Part shown: in pieces, positions 62,391 through 64,000 of the stretch
Numbering within the stretch: the first letter of the stretch is position 1
Layout of the letters: each line of letters begins with the position of its first letter
Origin: Vicugna vicugna
Lineage: Eukaryota
Length of the DNA: 64,000 nucleotides
Direction: 5' to 3'
Assembly: GCA_013265495.1 (NCBI GenBank)
Contig: MU058221.1
Location: 2,852,001-2,916,000, forward strand
Translations under genes and position numbers: made by a program
Notes under the pieces: model-generated
What the model was told of the DNA's origin: nothing
Database searches by the model: none
What the model saw: only the letters and a program-made list of their open reading frames with translations

Positions 62391-64000
62391 CAGTATGACA
62401 TGGTCTACAAAAGGCTGTGTCTGGAAGAAAAGAGGCCTTTAACTTCAAAGTCGAACTGGATGCCATTCAAGGTATAAAGTAGTTACTTAGAAACTGAAAA
62501 TCCCGGGGAACACCTTATTTTCATTAGTATGACCCCCCCAAGAAAACTTCACCTTTTTATCCCTGCAGTTCAATAGAATTGTGACCACACAGTCCCCCTT
62601 GTCCTATTTGAAAAAAGCAAGAGGTGAGGGGAAGGGAGGCAGGACCTTAACACGGATCCAGCTGGCCACGTTTCAGATACCCACAGTGGGCTCACTTCCG
62701 CTGCAAACAACTCTTCTCTCATGATGTTACTTCTGTCTTTAAGACATTTCGTCAGTTTTGCCTCCTGCATCAGAGCCTCACCGCCCTCCCTGGCCTGCGA
62801 GGTTACCCTAAGCGTCTTCCCTCCTGCCTGTCACCGTTGGATCTCAACACACATCCTCCTGAAGTCAGACCACTTCTCGTGCCATCACTTCCTTCTGCCC
62901 GACCCATGCCTGTCTCCCTCCACTCAAGTCGTGCCCACACTTCGTGGTCCTGCGGACACTCCCCTTGCCCTGCTCCCAAAGAATCCCACTGCTCCCAGCC
63001 TCAGGGACACCTTCCTTTTCCCAAACTGTTACCGACGTGTATTGGTTTGCAATCAATTTAGGGGAAGGGATAGATTTTCCAAGTGCTTGGCAGCTTGCTA
63101 CACGCAATGCAATTGCACAAAACACATCTCGGCTGTTTGCAGGCAGAGAAATGAGGAGGGACCACCTGCTGCAGGTCTAAGCCTTTGTTTCTTCATCCAG
63201 GAGACCATTAACCAACTCTGCGTATGGCTCTGGGCCCTGAGTGAAGGAAAGCGCCAAGAGGAGATTCCTGAGGGCCCCAGTGTCAAACATATTATGCATT
63301 TGCAATCACAGAAGAATGTATGAGAACTCTCTTCCAAGGTGCAAAACACTCGTTCTTCACCTGCCGAGAGAGAGCACCGCCTACGTATTTCTTGGGTTAG
63401 GTTTCAGATTTCCCATTGAGATGGATTCTATGGGAGATCCTAGAGGCTGAAAATAGAAAACTGGGATTGTCTCCCGAGCACCTGAGGCCGAAGGGAAGGG
63501 TAACCACTTTGTGTGACTGGAGTGCAAATGAAGGGAAATTCCCCTGGAGCTGTCTGGGGTGTGGGCCTGGCCTCCGCTCTGCCCTGCAGCATCTCCCAGG
63601 AGCTGCTCTGGAGAGCTGTCTTGAAATAACTTGGAAGCAGCTCCCAGTTTGGGTCAGCTCTATCGGGAAGACAGACAGGAAGAGAAACAGCCGTGGAGCT
63701 GAATGGGTTACTGAATTAGGAATTTGGAAAGGGGTCGGGGATGGGCAAGGCAGAAAAAGGGCTGTTTCTTAAAGGAGGGAGCAGAAGATCCGGAGCAGGG
63801 CTGAGGATGGTCTTTGTGCCAGGGCTGCCGGCTGCCGGCTGACTTCTTTGCTGATGGAAGGATGGCTGTCAGTAAGCCCATCTCAGGCACTGCAGATAAA
63901 GCCATGAACCACGGTGTTGCTCGCAGGCCAGGGAAGGCTTTGCTGGGGGTGAGCCAGACGGGTGGGAAGGGAAAATGACGGGAAGCCAAGAACTCTCAAA

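Noticed and set aside
62721..63323. Longest ORF in the track (200 aa)
   Set aside because: No recognisable domain, Cys/Pro/Leu-rich composition typical of non-coding DNA, and several overlapping ORFs on both strands.
1..64000. CRISPR arrays, operons, NUMTs, non-retroviral endogenous viral elements, processed pseudogenes
   Set aside because: No regularly spaced direct repeats and no mitochondrial, viral or mRNA-derived sequence that I could recognise. The recurring ~200-bp motif is the L1 3' end.

Overview
Mammalian nuclear DNA, very probably camelid (camel/alpaca/llama). The evidence is a Vic-1-type tRNA-derived SINE with a perfect 14-bp TSD and about 15 copies of a lineage-specific L1 3' end. 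I found no recognisable protein-coding gene, RNA gene, CRISPR array or prokaryotic system. The listed ORFs are chance ORFs or decayed L1/ERVL fragments. The window looks intergenic or deep-intronic, and roughly half of it is interspersed repeat: nested L1s, L2, MIR, MaLR/ERVL/ERV1 LTRs, an ERVL provirus remnant, and hAT/Tigger MITEs. The unique stretches include several AT-rich, homeobox-motif-dense blocks that look like developmental enhancers. The most notable observations are: (1) two independent copies of an L1 with the same chimeric 3' end, one of them twin-primed and nested in another L1; (2) L1 5' truncations clustered just 3' of a G-quadruplex-capable tract; (3) a local templated insertion inside an L1; (4) a compact STAT/ETS/YY1 motif cassette; (5) candidate exons of unannotated transcripts. 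Repeat family names come from recalled consensus similarity, not a database search. Boundaries are approximate unless a TSD is quoted. I cannot support a claim of a major new biological system here.
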